Shown: positions 29,968 to 38,784 of the stretch, one piece after another
Layout of the letters: the number at the start of each line of letters is the position of its first letter
How positions within the stretch are numbered: the first letter of the stretch is position 1
Assembly: GCA_033549025.1 (NCBI GenBank)
Contig: JAWSUS010000010.1
Span: 1-64,000 of the forward strand
Length of the DNA: 64,000 nucleotides
Reading direction: 5' to 3'
Source of the DNA: Desulfuromonadales bacterium
GTDB taxonomy: Bacteria > Desulfobacterota > Desulfuromonadia > Desulfuromonadales > SZUA-540
Position numbers and translations under genes: made by a program
Notes under the pieces: model-generated
The model's input: the letters and a program-made list of their open reading frames with translations, nothing else
Databases searched by the model: none
What the model was told of the DNA's origin: nothing

Positions 29968-30351
29968 GTGGCAAAAATCGTGGTGATGTTCAAGGGACAG
30001 GTTGTCAAGGAAGTGGCGATCGGCAGCGAAGGAATCCGCATCGGCCGTGACGCCGATAACGACATCCAGATCGACAACCTGGCCGTATCCCGCCGTCATG
30101 CCGAAATCTACCGGCAGGGCATCCCCTTCTATCTGGAAGATCTCAAGAGCACCAACGGCACCTTTCTCAACGGAGCCCTGCTCAACTGGAAAAGGGGGTT
30201 GAACCACCAGGACAAGATCACCATTGGCAAGCATACCCTCGTCTTTATGGAGGAGGCCAAGGATCAGCCGGGCAAAGCCAGGCCTTCCGCCGCCAATGAG
30301 ACCCTCTGCCTGACCCCCGAAGATCTGGAGCGCATGCGCCGCAACAGCTGA
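29968..30351 (+). CDS. Single FHA-domain protein
   Basis: IGR, VSRRHA, DLKSTNGT. Confidence 0.92.
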   Translation: MAKIVVMFKGQVVKEVAIGSEGIRIGRDADNDIQIDNLAVSRRHAEIYRQGIPFYLEDLKSTNGTFLNGALLNWKRGLNHQDKITIGKHTLVFMEEAKDQPGKARPSAANETLCLTPEDLERMRRNS

Positions 30352-30461
30352 GCGGTCCTGCACGCCGGCAACCCGCCTTGACGCCCCTCCGCCCTCCTCT
30401 ATACTTGAAGGCCTGAAGGGGATATGCCCCTCCCTTTACGCTGCGGGACGAGGAGGACAGG

Positions 30462-30974
30462 GTGGCTGCGTGGTTTCGGGAACTGACGCTCCGTTTTCTG
30501 CTTTTGGCCTTGGTGTGGTGGATTCTGACGGAAGGGGATTCCGCCGCCCTGGGTTTCGGCCTCCCCGTGATTTTGCTGGCGCTGGGAGCCGGTCACCTGC
30601 TGGCGGTCGACCATCAGAAGACCTGGACGCTGGCCGGCCTGCTTTCCTTTCTCCCTTTCTTCTTTTATGCCTCCCTGCGTGGCGGTCTCGACGTCGCCCG
30701 CCGCGTCTACGATCCCCGTCTGCCTGTTTCCCCTGCCATCTGTGAATTCTTCCTTCGCCTTCCTCCCGGCCCGGCCCGGATCTTTCTGGCCAACACCATC
30801 AGCCTGCTGCCCGGCACCTGCAGTGTTTCTCTAAAGACGGAAGGCTGTTTGCTGGTGCATGCCCTCGATGACAGCGGGCCCCTGGAAGATTCTCTACGCC
30901 GGGTGGAGAGACGGGTGGCTGCACTTTTTGGGCTGACGCTGACTGGGAGCAGACCGGAGGACGCGGATGCATGA
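30462..30974 (+). CDS. mnhE: Mrp/Mnh Na+/H+ antiporter subunit E
   Basis: ANTISLLPGT...VHALD. Confidence 0.88.
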   Translation: MAAWFRELTLRFLLLALVWWILTEGDSAALGFGLPVILLALGAGHLLAVDHQKTWTLAGLLSFLPFFFYASLRGGLDVARRVYDPRLPVSPAICEFFLRLPPGPARIFLANTISLLPGTCSVSLKTEGCLLVHALDDSGPLEDSLRRVERRVAALFGLTLTGSRPEDADA

Positions 30975-31251
30975 CTTTTTTCTGGCCACGGCGATCTTTC
31001 TTCTTCTGACCATCGTGGTCGGCCTGGTGCGGGTGCTCCAAGGGCCTACGCCGGCGGACCGCATGCTGGCCGCCCAGCTCTTCGGCACCACGGGAGTGGC
31101 GATCCTGCTGTTGTTGGCCGAAGCCATGGGCCTGCCGGCGCTGCGGGACGTGGCCCTGATCTTCATTCTGCTCGGGGCCCTGGCGACGGTGGCTTTTGTC
31201 AAAAGATTCTGGGTGATCCAGAAAGGGACCGGAGAGGATGACGATGATTGA
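30967..31251 (+). CDS. mnhF: Mrp/Mnh antiporter subunit F
   Basis: RVLQGPTPADR. Confidence 0.9.
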   Translation: MHDFFLATAIFLLLTIVVGLVRVLQGPTPADRMLAAQLFGTTGVAILLLLAEAMGLPALRDVALIFILLGALATVAFVKRFWVIQKGTGEDDDD

Positions 31252-31561
31252 TCTTTTGTCCGTGCTGCTGACGCTGGCCGGAGCGGTCTTTTTTCTGGCG
31301 GGGACGCTGGGGATGCTGCGACTGCCGGATGTCTATACCCGCCTTCATGCTTTGACCAAGGCCGACAACCTCGGTTTGGGGCTGACGGTGTCGGGCTTGC
31401 TGCTGCAGGCGGGATCGGTCCCGGTGGCGCTGAAGATGCTGCTTATCTGGCTGTTGGCCCTGGTGGCCAGCTCGGCTGCCTGCTATCTGGTGGCGAACAG
31501 CGCCTTTCGCGGCGGCCTGCGGCCACGCCAGGGGCGCTTCTGCGCGAAGGAGCGGTCATGA
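31238..31561 (+). CDS. mnhG: Mrp/Mnh antiporter subunit G
   Basis: GMLRLPDVYTRLHALTK. Confidence 0.92.
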   Translation: MTMIDLLSVLLTLAGAVFFLAGTLGMLRLPDVYTRLHALTKADNLGLGLTVSGLLLQAGSVPVALKMLLIWLLALVASSAACYLVANSAFRGGLRPRQGRFCAKERS

Positions 31562-31854
31562 TGTCTCTCGCCTTTGGCTTTGATCTGCTGCTGCTCGCTA
31601 CGTTGCTGGCCTTGGCCTGGCAGATTCTGTCGGCCCGCGATCTCTTCAAGGCGGTGGTGCTGTTCATGGCCTTCGGGCTGCTCATGGCGCTGGCCTGGGT
31701 GCGGCTGCGGGCGCCCGATATCGCCCTGGCGGAAGCGGCCATTGGCGCCGGACTCACCGGGGCCCTCCTGCTGGATGCGGTCGGGCACCTGGATGTGGAA
31801 CGGAATGGGGCCACCACCCGGGAGCCTTCCTCCTCGTCAGCGGAGGAAGAATGA
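31558..31854 (+). CDS. DUF4040/MbhD-like subunit (stand-alone C-terminal segment of MrpA)
   Basis: APDIALAEAAIGAG. Confidence 0.85.
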   Translation: MMSLAFGFDLLLLATLLALAWQILSARDLFKAVVLFMAFGLLMALAWVRLRAPDIALAEAAIGAGLTGALLLDAVGHLDVERNGATTREPSSSSAEEE

Positions 31855-32561
31855 AGCCGGCAGAGAGGATTCTCAACGGGCTGGTCTCGCTGGTCCTGAC
31901 GACCTTTGCCGCCATTCTGGTTTGGGTCGTGCTGTCCTTGCCGGCCGCGTCAATCAGTCTCCAGCCCCAGGTAAACGCCCGCCTGGTCGATTCGGGGGTT
32001 CATTCGCCGGTGACCGCCGTTCTCCTCAATTTTCGGGGTTACGATACCTTGCTGGAGATCGGGGTCCTGCTGCTGGCGGCGATGGCCTGCATGGCGCTGC
32101 GGCAGGGGCAGCCGCCCGGACCGCTGCTCATGATCGCTCCGCCCGGCCCCGTGCTGGCGGCCATGACGCGATTGGTCGTTCCTCTGATGGTGCTGACCTC
32201 AGGCTATCTTCTTTGGGCCGGCGAACATGCGCCGGGTGGGGCTTTTCAGGCCGGCGCCGTGCTGGCTGCCGCCGGTGTTCTGTTGCTTCTGGGGGGAAAG
32301 TTGAATGTCCGTCTGGGGGCTCCCTGGCGGGTGCGGGCGGCGCTGGCTTCCGGCTTCGCCTTTTTCCTGGCGCTGGCGCTGGCCACCCTGGGGATGGGGG
32401 GCAAACTGCTCGAATATCCCCAAAACGGAGCGGGTCCTCTGATCGTCGCCCTGGAGTCTTTGCTGACCTTGTCCATCGCGGTGACGCTGGTGGCCCTTTT
32501 TGCCTCAAACCCGCCGGCCGGATCGCCGATGGTGCCGCCGGAAGGGGAGGAGGACGTATGA
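31851..32561 (+). CDS. mnhB: Mrp/Mnh antiporter subunit B
   Basis: VTAVLLNFRGYDTLLE, HAPGGAFQAG. Confidence 0.88.
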   Translation: MKPAERILNGLVSLVLTTFAAILVWVVLSLPAASISLQPQVNARLVDSGVHSPVTAVLLNFRGYDTLLEIGVLLLAAMACMALRQGQPPGPLLMIAPPGPVLAAMTRLVVPLMVLTSGYLLWAGEHAPGGAFQAGAVLAAAGVLLLLGGKLNVRLGAPWRVRAALASGFAFFLALALATLGMGGKLLEYPQNGAGPLIVALESLLTLSIAVTLVALFASNPPAGSPMVPPEGEEDV

Positions 32562-32860
32562 CCCAGGCCGATCTTTATATGGTGGGCGCTGTTCTGCTCT
32601 TCTGCCTGGGCCTGCGCGGGCTGTTTTTTGACCGCCACCTTCTGCGCAAGATCCTGGCCCTGAATATCATGAGCAGCGGCGTCTTTCTGCTGCTGGTGGG
32701 CATCGCTTCCCGCGACCCGCAGCAGAACCCCGACCCGGTTCCTCTCGCCATGGTGCTGACGGGGATCGTGGTGGCGGTGAGCGCGACGGCCTTTGCCCTG
32801 GCGCTGGCGCGCCGGTACTATCAGCAGACCGGAAAGACCCGGCTACCGGAGGGGGAATGA
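32558..32860 (+). CDS. mnhC: Mrp/Mnh antiporter subunit C
   Basis: Start MTQADL, RKILALNI, DPVPLAMVLTGIVV. Confidence 0.9.
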   Translation: MTQADLYMVGAVLLFCLGLRGLFFDRHLLRKILALNIMSSGVFLLLVGIASRDPQQNPDPVPLAMVLTGIVVAVSATAFALALARRYYQQTGKTRLPEGE

Positions 32861-32888
32861 GAGAGTCGCGCTGGAAGGATGGCCCGCC

Positions 32889-34379
32889 ATGACGACCCTG
32901 CCCTGGGAAGTCTGCATCATCCTGGCGCCTTTTATCGGGGGACTGCTGGCCTTTGTGGGCGGCCGGCGATCGGGCCGCTGGTTCTTCGGCCTCACCGTGC
33001 TGGTAGTCGGCGGCGGCTTGTCCGCCCTGACGCGGGAGCTGTGGCGGCAGGGTCCGCGGGCCTACGCGCTAGGCGAATGGGGCGCGCCCCTGGGCATCGA
33101 GCTGTATGCCGATGGGCTGAGCCTGCTCATGCTGCTGCTGACCGCTCTTGTGGTCATTCTGGTCGGCATATTCTCCCTGGGGTTGCTCACGGCCGTTCCT
33201 GTGGAGGCGGAAGGCTGCGAAAACGCCCTGTTCTGGCCCCTCGTGCTCTTCTTCTGGGGTGCGTTGAATGCGCTCTTTCTCTCGCGCGATGTCTTCAATC
33301 TCTATGTCACTCTCGAACTTCTCACCCTCTCCGCCGTGCCGCTTATCACCTTGTCCGGCACGGCTTCTTCCCTGGCGGCAGGGCTGCGCTACCTCTTTGT
33401 CGCCCTGCTCGGTTCTTTGGCCTACCTGCTGGGAACGGCTCTTTTCTACGCGGAAAGCGGCGCCCTCACTCTTCACGCCCTGGCGGAGTCGCCTGACGGG
33501 GTCGGCAGCCTGTCGGTGGCCACCGGCCTTATGATTCTGGGTCTTTTGCTGAAAACCGCCCTTTTTCCCCTTCACTTCTGGCTTCCCGCCGCCTATGCCG
33601 AGGCGCCGAGTCCCGTCAGCGCCCTGCTGGCGGCCCTGGCCACCAAGGCTTCCTTTTACCTTCTGCTGCGCCTCTGGTTTGAGCTCTTCTCCTTCAGGCA
33701 GGAATTCGCCGCGGCACAGATTCTCGGGGGGCTCGGGATGCTGGCCATCCTCTGGGGTTCTCTGCTGGCCTGGCGGCAGGGACGGGTGAAGAGGCTGCTG
33801 GCCTATTCGAGTATCGCCCAGATCGGTTATCTCTTCCTGATTTTTCCCCTTATGACGGCCTGGACCCCCGCCGGGGACGGAGTGTCGCTGGAAGTGCCGG
33901 GAGCCTGGGGCGGGCTGGTTTTTCTGCTCCTCTCCCACGGTTTGGCCAAGTCGGCCATGTTCATGTCGGCGGGGTGTCTGGCTCAGGCCGCCGGCTCCGA
34001 CCGGATCGCCGACCTGACCGGCATCGGCCGGCAATTTCCCGTTCCGCTGTTCGCCTTTGCTCTGGGGGGGATGACTTTGATGGGGCTACCGCCCAGCGGT
34101 GGTTTTTCTTCCAAGTGGCTTTTTCTCAAGGCCTCGGTGGAAAGTCTGCAGTGGTGGTGGGTGCCGGGCATGCTCCTCGGCGGCGTGTTGGCGGCGGGCT
34201 ATGTTTTTCGCGTGCTGCGCCAGGCCCTGGTGTGGGATGAGGATGTCGGGCTGTACCGCGCGGTTCCGCGCCGGATGCAGTGGGCGTCCATGGCTACGGC
34301 CCTGCTCTCCCTGGCGCTGGGCCTGTGCGGGTCCTGGCCCCTCGATCTTCTGGCCATCGGCTATCCGGGGGGACCATGA
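32889..34379 (+). CDS. mnhD: MrpD/NuoN-like antiporter subunit
   Basis: GEWGAPLGI, DVFNLYVTLE, KTALFPLHFWLP, AYSS. Confidence 0.88.
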   Translation: MTTLPWEVCIILAPFIGGLLAFVGGRRSGRWFFGLTVLVVGGGLSALTRELWRQGPRAYALGEWGAPLGIELYADGLSLLMLLLTALVVILVGIFSLGLLTAVPVEAEGCENALFWPLVLFFWGALNALFLSRDVFNLYVTLELLTLSAVPLITLSGTASSLAAGLRYLFVALLGSLAYLLGTALFYAESGALTLHALAESPDGVGSLSVATGLMILGLLLKTALFPLHFWLPAAYAEAPSPVSALLAALATKASFYLLLRLWFELFSFRQEFAAAQILGGLGMLAILWGSLLAWRQGRVKRLLAYSSIAQIGYLFLIFPLMTAWTPAGDGVSLEVPGAWGGLVFLLLSHGLAKSAMFMSAGCLAQAAGSDRIADLTGIGRQFPVPLFAFALGGMTLMGLPPSGGFSSKWLFLKASVESLQWWWVPGMLLGGVLAAGYVFRVLRQALVWDEDVGLYRAVPRRMQWASMATALLSLALGLCGSWPLDLLAIGYPGGP

Positions 34380-35881
34380 ACTGGAGCAGTATTCTGCCCA
34401 TCGCGACCTTGCTAAGTTCCCTGATCACCGGGCTGGTGATCTTCGGTCTGCAGGAGCGCCGGCACCGGCTGCGCACGACCCTGAACCTGCTGGGTGCCAC
34501 CATTAAGCTGCTCTTTGTGGGGGTGATGCTCTGGGGGGTGTTCCGTGGGGCGGAGTATGCTTTTTCGCTGCCGCTGCTGCCAGGGGTCGATTTTGTCCTG
34601 CGCGCCGACCCCCTGGCCATGCTCTTTGTTGCCCTCTCTGCCGGACTCTGGTTTCTCACCACCATCTATGCCGTCGGCTACCTGGAAGGTTCACCTCATC
34701 GAAGCCGTTTCTTCGGCTTTTTCAGCGTCTGCGTGACGGCGACGACGGGGATCGCCCTCGCCGGGAACCTGCTCACCTTCTTCATCTTCTATGAACTTCT
34801 GACCCTCTCCACCTATCCGCTGGTGGTGCATCGCGGCACCTCCGAGTCGCTCTATGCCGGCGACACCTACCTCGTCTATACCCTGCTCGGCGGCGCCGCC
34901 CTGCTGACCGGGGCCGTGTGGCTGCAGGCGCTGGTCGGCCCCGTCGATTTCGTCGCCGGCGGGGTGCTTTCTGCTGTTGACGCGGGCCATCGCGTGCAGT
35001 TGGTCGCCATCTTCTGTTTGATGGTGGGGGGAGTGGGGGTCAAGGCCGCCCTGGTCCCTCTGCATGGCTGGCTACCCATTGCCATGGTGGCTCCGGCCCC
35101 GGTCTCGGCCCTGCTGCACGCGGTGGCCGTGGTCAAGGCGGGCGCTTTCGGCATTATCCGCATTGTCTACGATATCTACGGCGTGGAGCTGGCGGCTTCT
35201 CTCAACCTGCTGGGGCCCCTGGCCGCTGTGGCGGCCATTACCATCCTTTATGGATCGGTGCGGGCCCTTTTTCAGGATGACCTCAAGCGGCGTCTGGCCT
35301 ATTCCACCGTCAGTCAGGTCTCCTATATCGTTCTCGGCGTGACCATCGTCGGCCCACTGGCCACCATCGGCGGAGTCGTGCATCTGGTGCATCAGGGGAT
35401 CATGAAAATAACGCTCTTCTTCTGCGCCGGCAACCTCGCCGAAACTCTCAACGTTCGCCGGGTGAGCGAAATGGCCGGAGTCGGTCGCCGGATGCCCTGG
35501 ACCATGGCCGCTTTTACCCTGGCCGCTTTCGGCATGATCGGCATTCCTCCCCTGGCCGGCTTCGTCAGCAAGTGGTACCTGGGATTGGGCGGAATCGCCG
35601 CCGGACACTCCTGGGTGGTGGGGGTCATGGTGCTGAGCAGTTTGCTCAATGCCGCTTACTTTCTGCCCATCGTCTATGCCGCCTGGTTCAAGGAGCCGGC
35701 CGCAGCCTGGCCTGAACGCAAACCGGGTTCGCGCCTGGAGACGGACGGACTGCTGCTGGGGCCGACCCTGATCACCGCCGGACTCTCCCTGTCGGCGGGA
35801 CTGCTGGCCGGCCTTTCCTTCAGTCCACGGGGGTGGGTGGCCATGATTGCCCGGGAGGCGTACCGCTTATGGATTCCCTGA
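34376..35881 (+). CDS. MrpD-like antiporter subunit (second)
   Basis: FFIFYE, KAALVPLHGWLP, LHAVAVVK, AYSTVSQ. Confidence 0.88.
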   Translation: MNWSSILPIATLLSSLITGLVIFGLQERRHRLRTTLNLLGATIKLLFVGVMLWGVFRGAEYAFSLPLLPGVDFVLRADPLAMLFVALSAGLWFLTTIYAVGYLEGSPHRSRFFGFFSVCVTATTGIALAGNLLTFFIFYELLTLSTYPLVVHRGTSESLYAGDTYLVYTLLGGAALLTGAVWLQALVGPVDFVAGGVLSAVDAGHRVQLVAIFCLMVGGVGVKAALVPLHGWLPIAMVAPAPVSALLHAVAVVKAGAFGIIRIVYDIYGVELAASLNLLGPLAAVAAITILYGSVRALFQDDLKRRLAYSTVSQVSYIVLGVTIVGPLATIGGVVHLVHQGIMKITLFFCAGNLAETLNVRRVSEMAGVGRRMPWTMAAFTLAAFGMIGIPPLAGFVSKWYLGLGGIAAGHSWVVGVMVLSSLLNAAYFLPIVYAAWFKEPAAAWPERKPGSRLETDGLLLGPTLITAGLSLSAGLLAGLSFSPRGWVAMIAREAYRLWIP

Positions 35882-37623
35882 TGGGAGCACTCTATTCACA
35901 GGTCGTCTGGCTAGCCGTCCTGGCTTTTCCCCTGCTGCTGGCGGGGGGGTGCCTGAGCCGCTGGGGACGGTCCTGGGCGATAGCGGCCGCCCCCTGGTCG
36001 GCCTTGCCGCCTATCGCCCTGGCCCTGTGGCCGCCGGAGGCAGGGAACTACCCCTGGCTGCTCCTCGGCAGCACCTTCGGCCTGGACCTGACGGGCCGCA
36101 TCTTTCTGCTTTTTACCTCCCTGGCCTGGGGTGCCGCGGCCTTGTATGCCCGCGGCTACCTGGCTAAGCAGGCGCGCTTCCAGTCCTTCTTCTTCTTTTT
36201 TCTGCTGGCCATGACCGGCAATCTGGGGCTGATCATGGCCGGGGACATGGCCGCTTTCTACCTGTTCTTCGCCCTCATGACCTTCGCGGCCTACGGGCTG
36301 GTCGTTCATGAGCGAGATTCCGAGGCGCGACAGGCCGGCAAGGTCTATCTGGTCATGGCGGTACTGGGAGAGGTGCTGTTGATCGCCGGTCTCATGCTGA
36401 TCGCCGCCGAAGGCACAATACGTCTGTCTGAACTCGCGCCGCGGATTGCCGTTTCGCCCCATCGTCACCTGATTATCGGCCTGATACTGGTTGGTTTCTG
36501 CGTCAAGGCCGGCTGCTTCCCTCTGCACCTCTGGTTGCCCCTGGCCCACCCGGTCGCACCCACCCCGGCCAGCGCCGTGCTGTCCGGGGCCATGATCAAG
36601 GCCGGTCTGCTGGCCTGGCTGCGTTTCCTCCCTCTGGGGGAGGCGGCTTTTCCCGCCTGGGGCCTGCTCTGCCTGCTCCTCGGGCTCCTGGCGGCTTTTG
36701 GCGGGGTGGTTTTGGGCCTGGCCCAGTCTCAGGCCAAAACGGTGCTGGCCTACTCGAGCATCAGCCAGATGGGGCTGATGACGGGAGCCCTGGGGCTGGG
36801 ACTGCTCTTCCCGGCGGTCTGGCCCTCGGTGCTGGCGGCACTCTGTCTTTACGCTCTGCACCACGGCCTGGCCAAGACGGCTCTTTTTCTGGGGGTGGGC
36901 ATGGTTGGCGCGGAAGGGGTGTGGACCCGAAGGGTCTTTCTGGCGGGATTGCTGTTGCCGGCGCTGTCTCTGGCCGGAGCGCCCCTGACCAGCGGCATGG
37001 TGGCCAAGAAGCTTTTGGGAGGGCTGGCGAATGCCATGCCGTCGCCCTGGGCGGAAGTCTTTAGCTGGACACTGGCCGGGTCGGCCGTGGCCACCTCCGT
37101 ACTGATGGCGCACCTGTTGCTGTTGCCCTGGACGCAGCGGATCGGGATGGGCAGCCCGCCGACTGGCCGACAGTGGCTGGCCTGGGGGGCGGTGCAGCTG
37201 GGCGGGCTCTTGATGGTATGGAGGATCGTTCCGGGTTGGCTGGCTCCCTGGGGGGCAAAATCGCCAGGATGGAGCAGTGAGGCGGCCCTTACGGTGCTGG
37301 TGGGAGCGGCTGTGGGCTTTCTGCTCTGGCGCCTGGTCAAAAAAAGCAGGAGCAGCCTGCTGCCGCCGCTGCCGGCGGGCGATGTGCTGCTCCTGCTCTA
37401 TGCTCTGGGAAGAGGTGCCCGCCAAGGGTGGGACCGGTACGGCGACCCCGTGGTGACGCGCCTGGTCCGGGCTTACCTGACCTTTGTCTGGCAGGGTCCG
37501 ATCGAGTTGTTCGGCCTGCACTCCCTGTTGGCCGCCAGTGAAAAGGGATTATTGCGCTGGCGTGTATCCGGGGGGCTCTTCCTACTCCTGATTGTGGTCT
37601 TTGCCGTTATTCTGCTGCGCTGA
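35869..37623 (+). CDS. MrpA/D (NuoL-like) antiporter subunit (third)
   Basis: KAGCFPLHLWLPLAHPVAPTPASAVLSG, AYSSISQ. Confidence 0.85.
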   Translation: MDSLMGALYSQVVWLAVLAFPLLLAGGCLSRWGRSWAIAAAPWSALPPIALALWPPEAGNYPWLLLGSTFGLDLTGRIFLLFTSLAWGAAALYARGYLAKQARFQSFFFFFLLAMTGNLGLIMAGDMAAFYLFFALMTFAAYGLVVHERDSEARQAGKVYLVMAVLGEVLLIAGLMLIAAEGTIRLSELAPRIAVSPHRHLIIGLILVGFCVKAGCFPLHLWLPLAHPVAPTPASAVLSGAMIKAGLLAWLRFLPLGEAAFPAWGLLCLLLGLLAAFGGVVLGLAQSQAKTVLAYSSISQMGLMTGALGLGLLFPAVWPSVLAALCLYALHHGLAKTALFLGVGMVGAEGVWTRRVFLAGLLLPALSLAGAPLTSGMVAKKLLGGLANAMPSPWAEVFSWTLAGSAVATSVLMAHLLLLPWTQRIGMGSPPTGRQWLAWGAVQLGGLLMVWRIVPGWLAPWGAKSPGWSSEAALTVLVGAAVGFLLWRLVKKSRSSLLPPLPAGDVLLLLYALGRGARQGWDRYGDPVVTRLVRAYLTFVWQGPIELFGLHSLLAASEKGLLRWRVSGGLFLLLIVVFAVILLR

Positions 37624-37637
37624 CCGGCCCTTGCCGA

Positions 37638-38492
37638 TCAGTTGCGGCCGCTGGCCATGGCTTCCAGTTTGGCGACGCGATCATCCATGGGCGGATGGGT
37701 AGAAAAGAGATTGGCCAGAGAGCGCCCGGTCAGTGGGTTGACGATAAACAGGTGCGATGTCGCCGGCGTGGCCTCCTGCATGGGCACCGCCTGAGCGCCC
37801 ATCTGCAGTTTGCGCAAAGCGCTGGCCAGGGCCTGGGGTTTGCCGCAGATGCGGGCGCCGGAGGCGTCGGCCAGATACTCCCGCGAGCGGGAGACCGCCA
37901 TCTGGATCAGCATGGCCGCCATGGGGGCGATAATGGCCACGGCCAGGCTGCCGAGCATGCCGCCGCCTTCTTCGTCATCGCTACGGCCGGCGCCGAAAAT
38001 GGCGGCCCACTGCAGCATGTTGCCGAGCATGGCGATGGCGCCGGCGAAGGTCGCAGCCAGGGTGGAGATGAGCGTGTCGCGGTTCTGAACATGGGCCAGC
38101 TCGTGGGCCATGACCCCTTCAAGCTCGTCTTCCGTGAGCAGTCGCATGATGCCCTGGGTGGCGGCGACGGCGGCATTCTGCGGATTGCGCCCGGTGGCAA
38201 AGGCGTTGGGAGCCTCCGAGGGGATGATGTAGACCTTGGGCATGGGCAGGCCGGCCTGCTGGCTGAGGCGGCGCACCATGCCGTAGAAGCCCGGATTGTC
38301 GGCTTCGGTGACTTCCTTGGCCTTGTACATCTTGAGCACGATCTTGTCTGAGTACCAGTAGGAGAAGAAGTTCATGCCGCCGGCGATGAGAAAGGCGATG
38401 ATCATGCCCGACTGGCCACCGATGGCGCTGCCCATGAAAACAAGAAGCAGGGTGAGACTGGTCAGCAGAAGCGTGGTTTTAATGCGGTTCAT
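37638..38492 (-). CDS. htpX: Zinc metalloprotease HtpX (M48)
   Basis: Start MNRIKT with [35 protein letters not shown]. Confidence 0.95.
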   Translation of the reverse strand: MNRIKTTLLLTSLTLLLVFMGSAIGGQSGMIIAFLIAGGMNFFSYWYSDKIVLKMYKAKEVTEADNPGFYGMVRRLSQQAGLPMPKVYIIPSEAPNAFATGRNPQNAAVAATQGIMRLLTEDELEGVMAHELAHVQNRDTLISTLAATFAGAIAMLGNMLQWAAIFGAGRSDDEEGGGMLGSLAVAIIAPMAAMLIQMAVSRSREYLADASGARICGKPQALASALRKLQMGAQAVPMQEATPATSHLFIVNPLTGRSLANLFSTHPPMDDRVAKLEAMASGRN

Positions 38493-38531
38493 GGTTTGTC
38501 CTCCGTACGCGTTGTTTGTGCGGCGGGTAAT

Positions 38532-38581
38532 AAAAAAGACCTTTACCCGCGGCATGATGAAATGCTGTGGATAAAGGTCTT
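38532..38581 (-). terminator. Riboswitch expression-platform terminator
   Basis: Minus strand AAGACCTTTATCCACAGCAT...ATGCCGCGGGTAAAGGTCTTTTTT; its 5' arm is the 3' strand of aptamer P1. Confidence 0.8.
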
Positions 38582-38685
38582 GCAGATTGCGACGAAGCGT
38601 CGTAACCCCGAGTCCGGGAGGCGTGGCCTCCGTAATGACGAAACGCGGGTCGGTCATGTCTCCGACCGATTGCTACTCCCCTTTA
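38572..38685 (-). ncRNA. yybP-ykoY (Mn2+) riboswitch aptamer
   Basis: Minus strand TAAAGGGGAGTAGC, hairpin ATCGGTCGG...CCGAC, TTTCGTCATTACGG...CCGG, GCAAGACCTTTA. Promoter TTGACA (38725-38720)/TAACAT (38701-38696) lies just upstream. Confidence 0.88.
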
Positions 38686-38784
38686 ACAGAGAAGCATGTT
38701 AACCAACGCGCCTGCTTTTTGTCAACAGGAATCAAATGACTGGACCGGCACGGGGGGCTCCCGCGCCGGTCCGGTGCAGGTTCA

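Noticed and set aside
30406..30461. Na+/Li+ riboswitch upstream of the Mrp operon
   Set aside because: Only a short hairpin is present, with no consensus I recognise.
31574..32557. 430-aa ORF apparently extending mnhC
   Set aside because: Out-of-frame overlap with the DUF4040 and mnhB genes; only the last 100 codons are MnhC.
38493..38657. N-terminal extension of HtpX in the ORF track
   Set aside because: It runs through the riboswitch and terminator; the true start has a GGAGG RBS.
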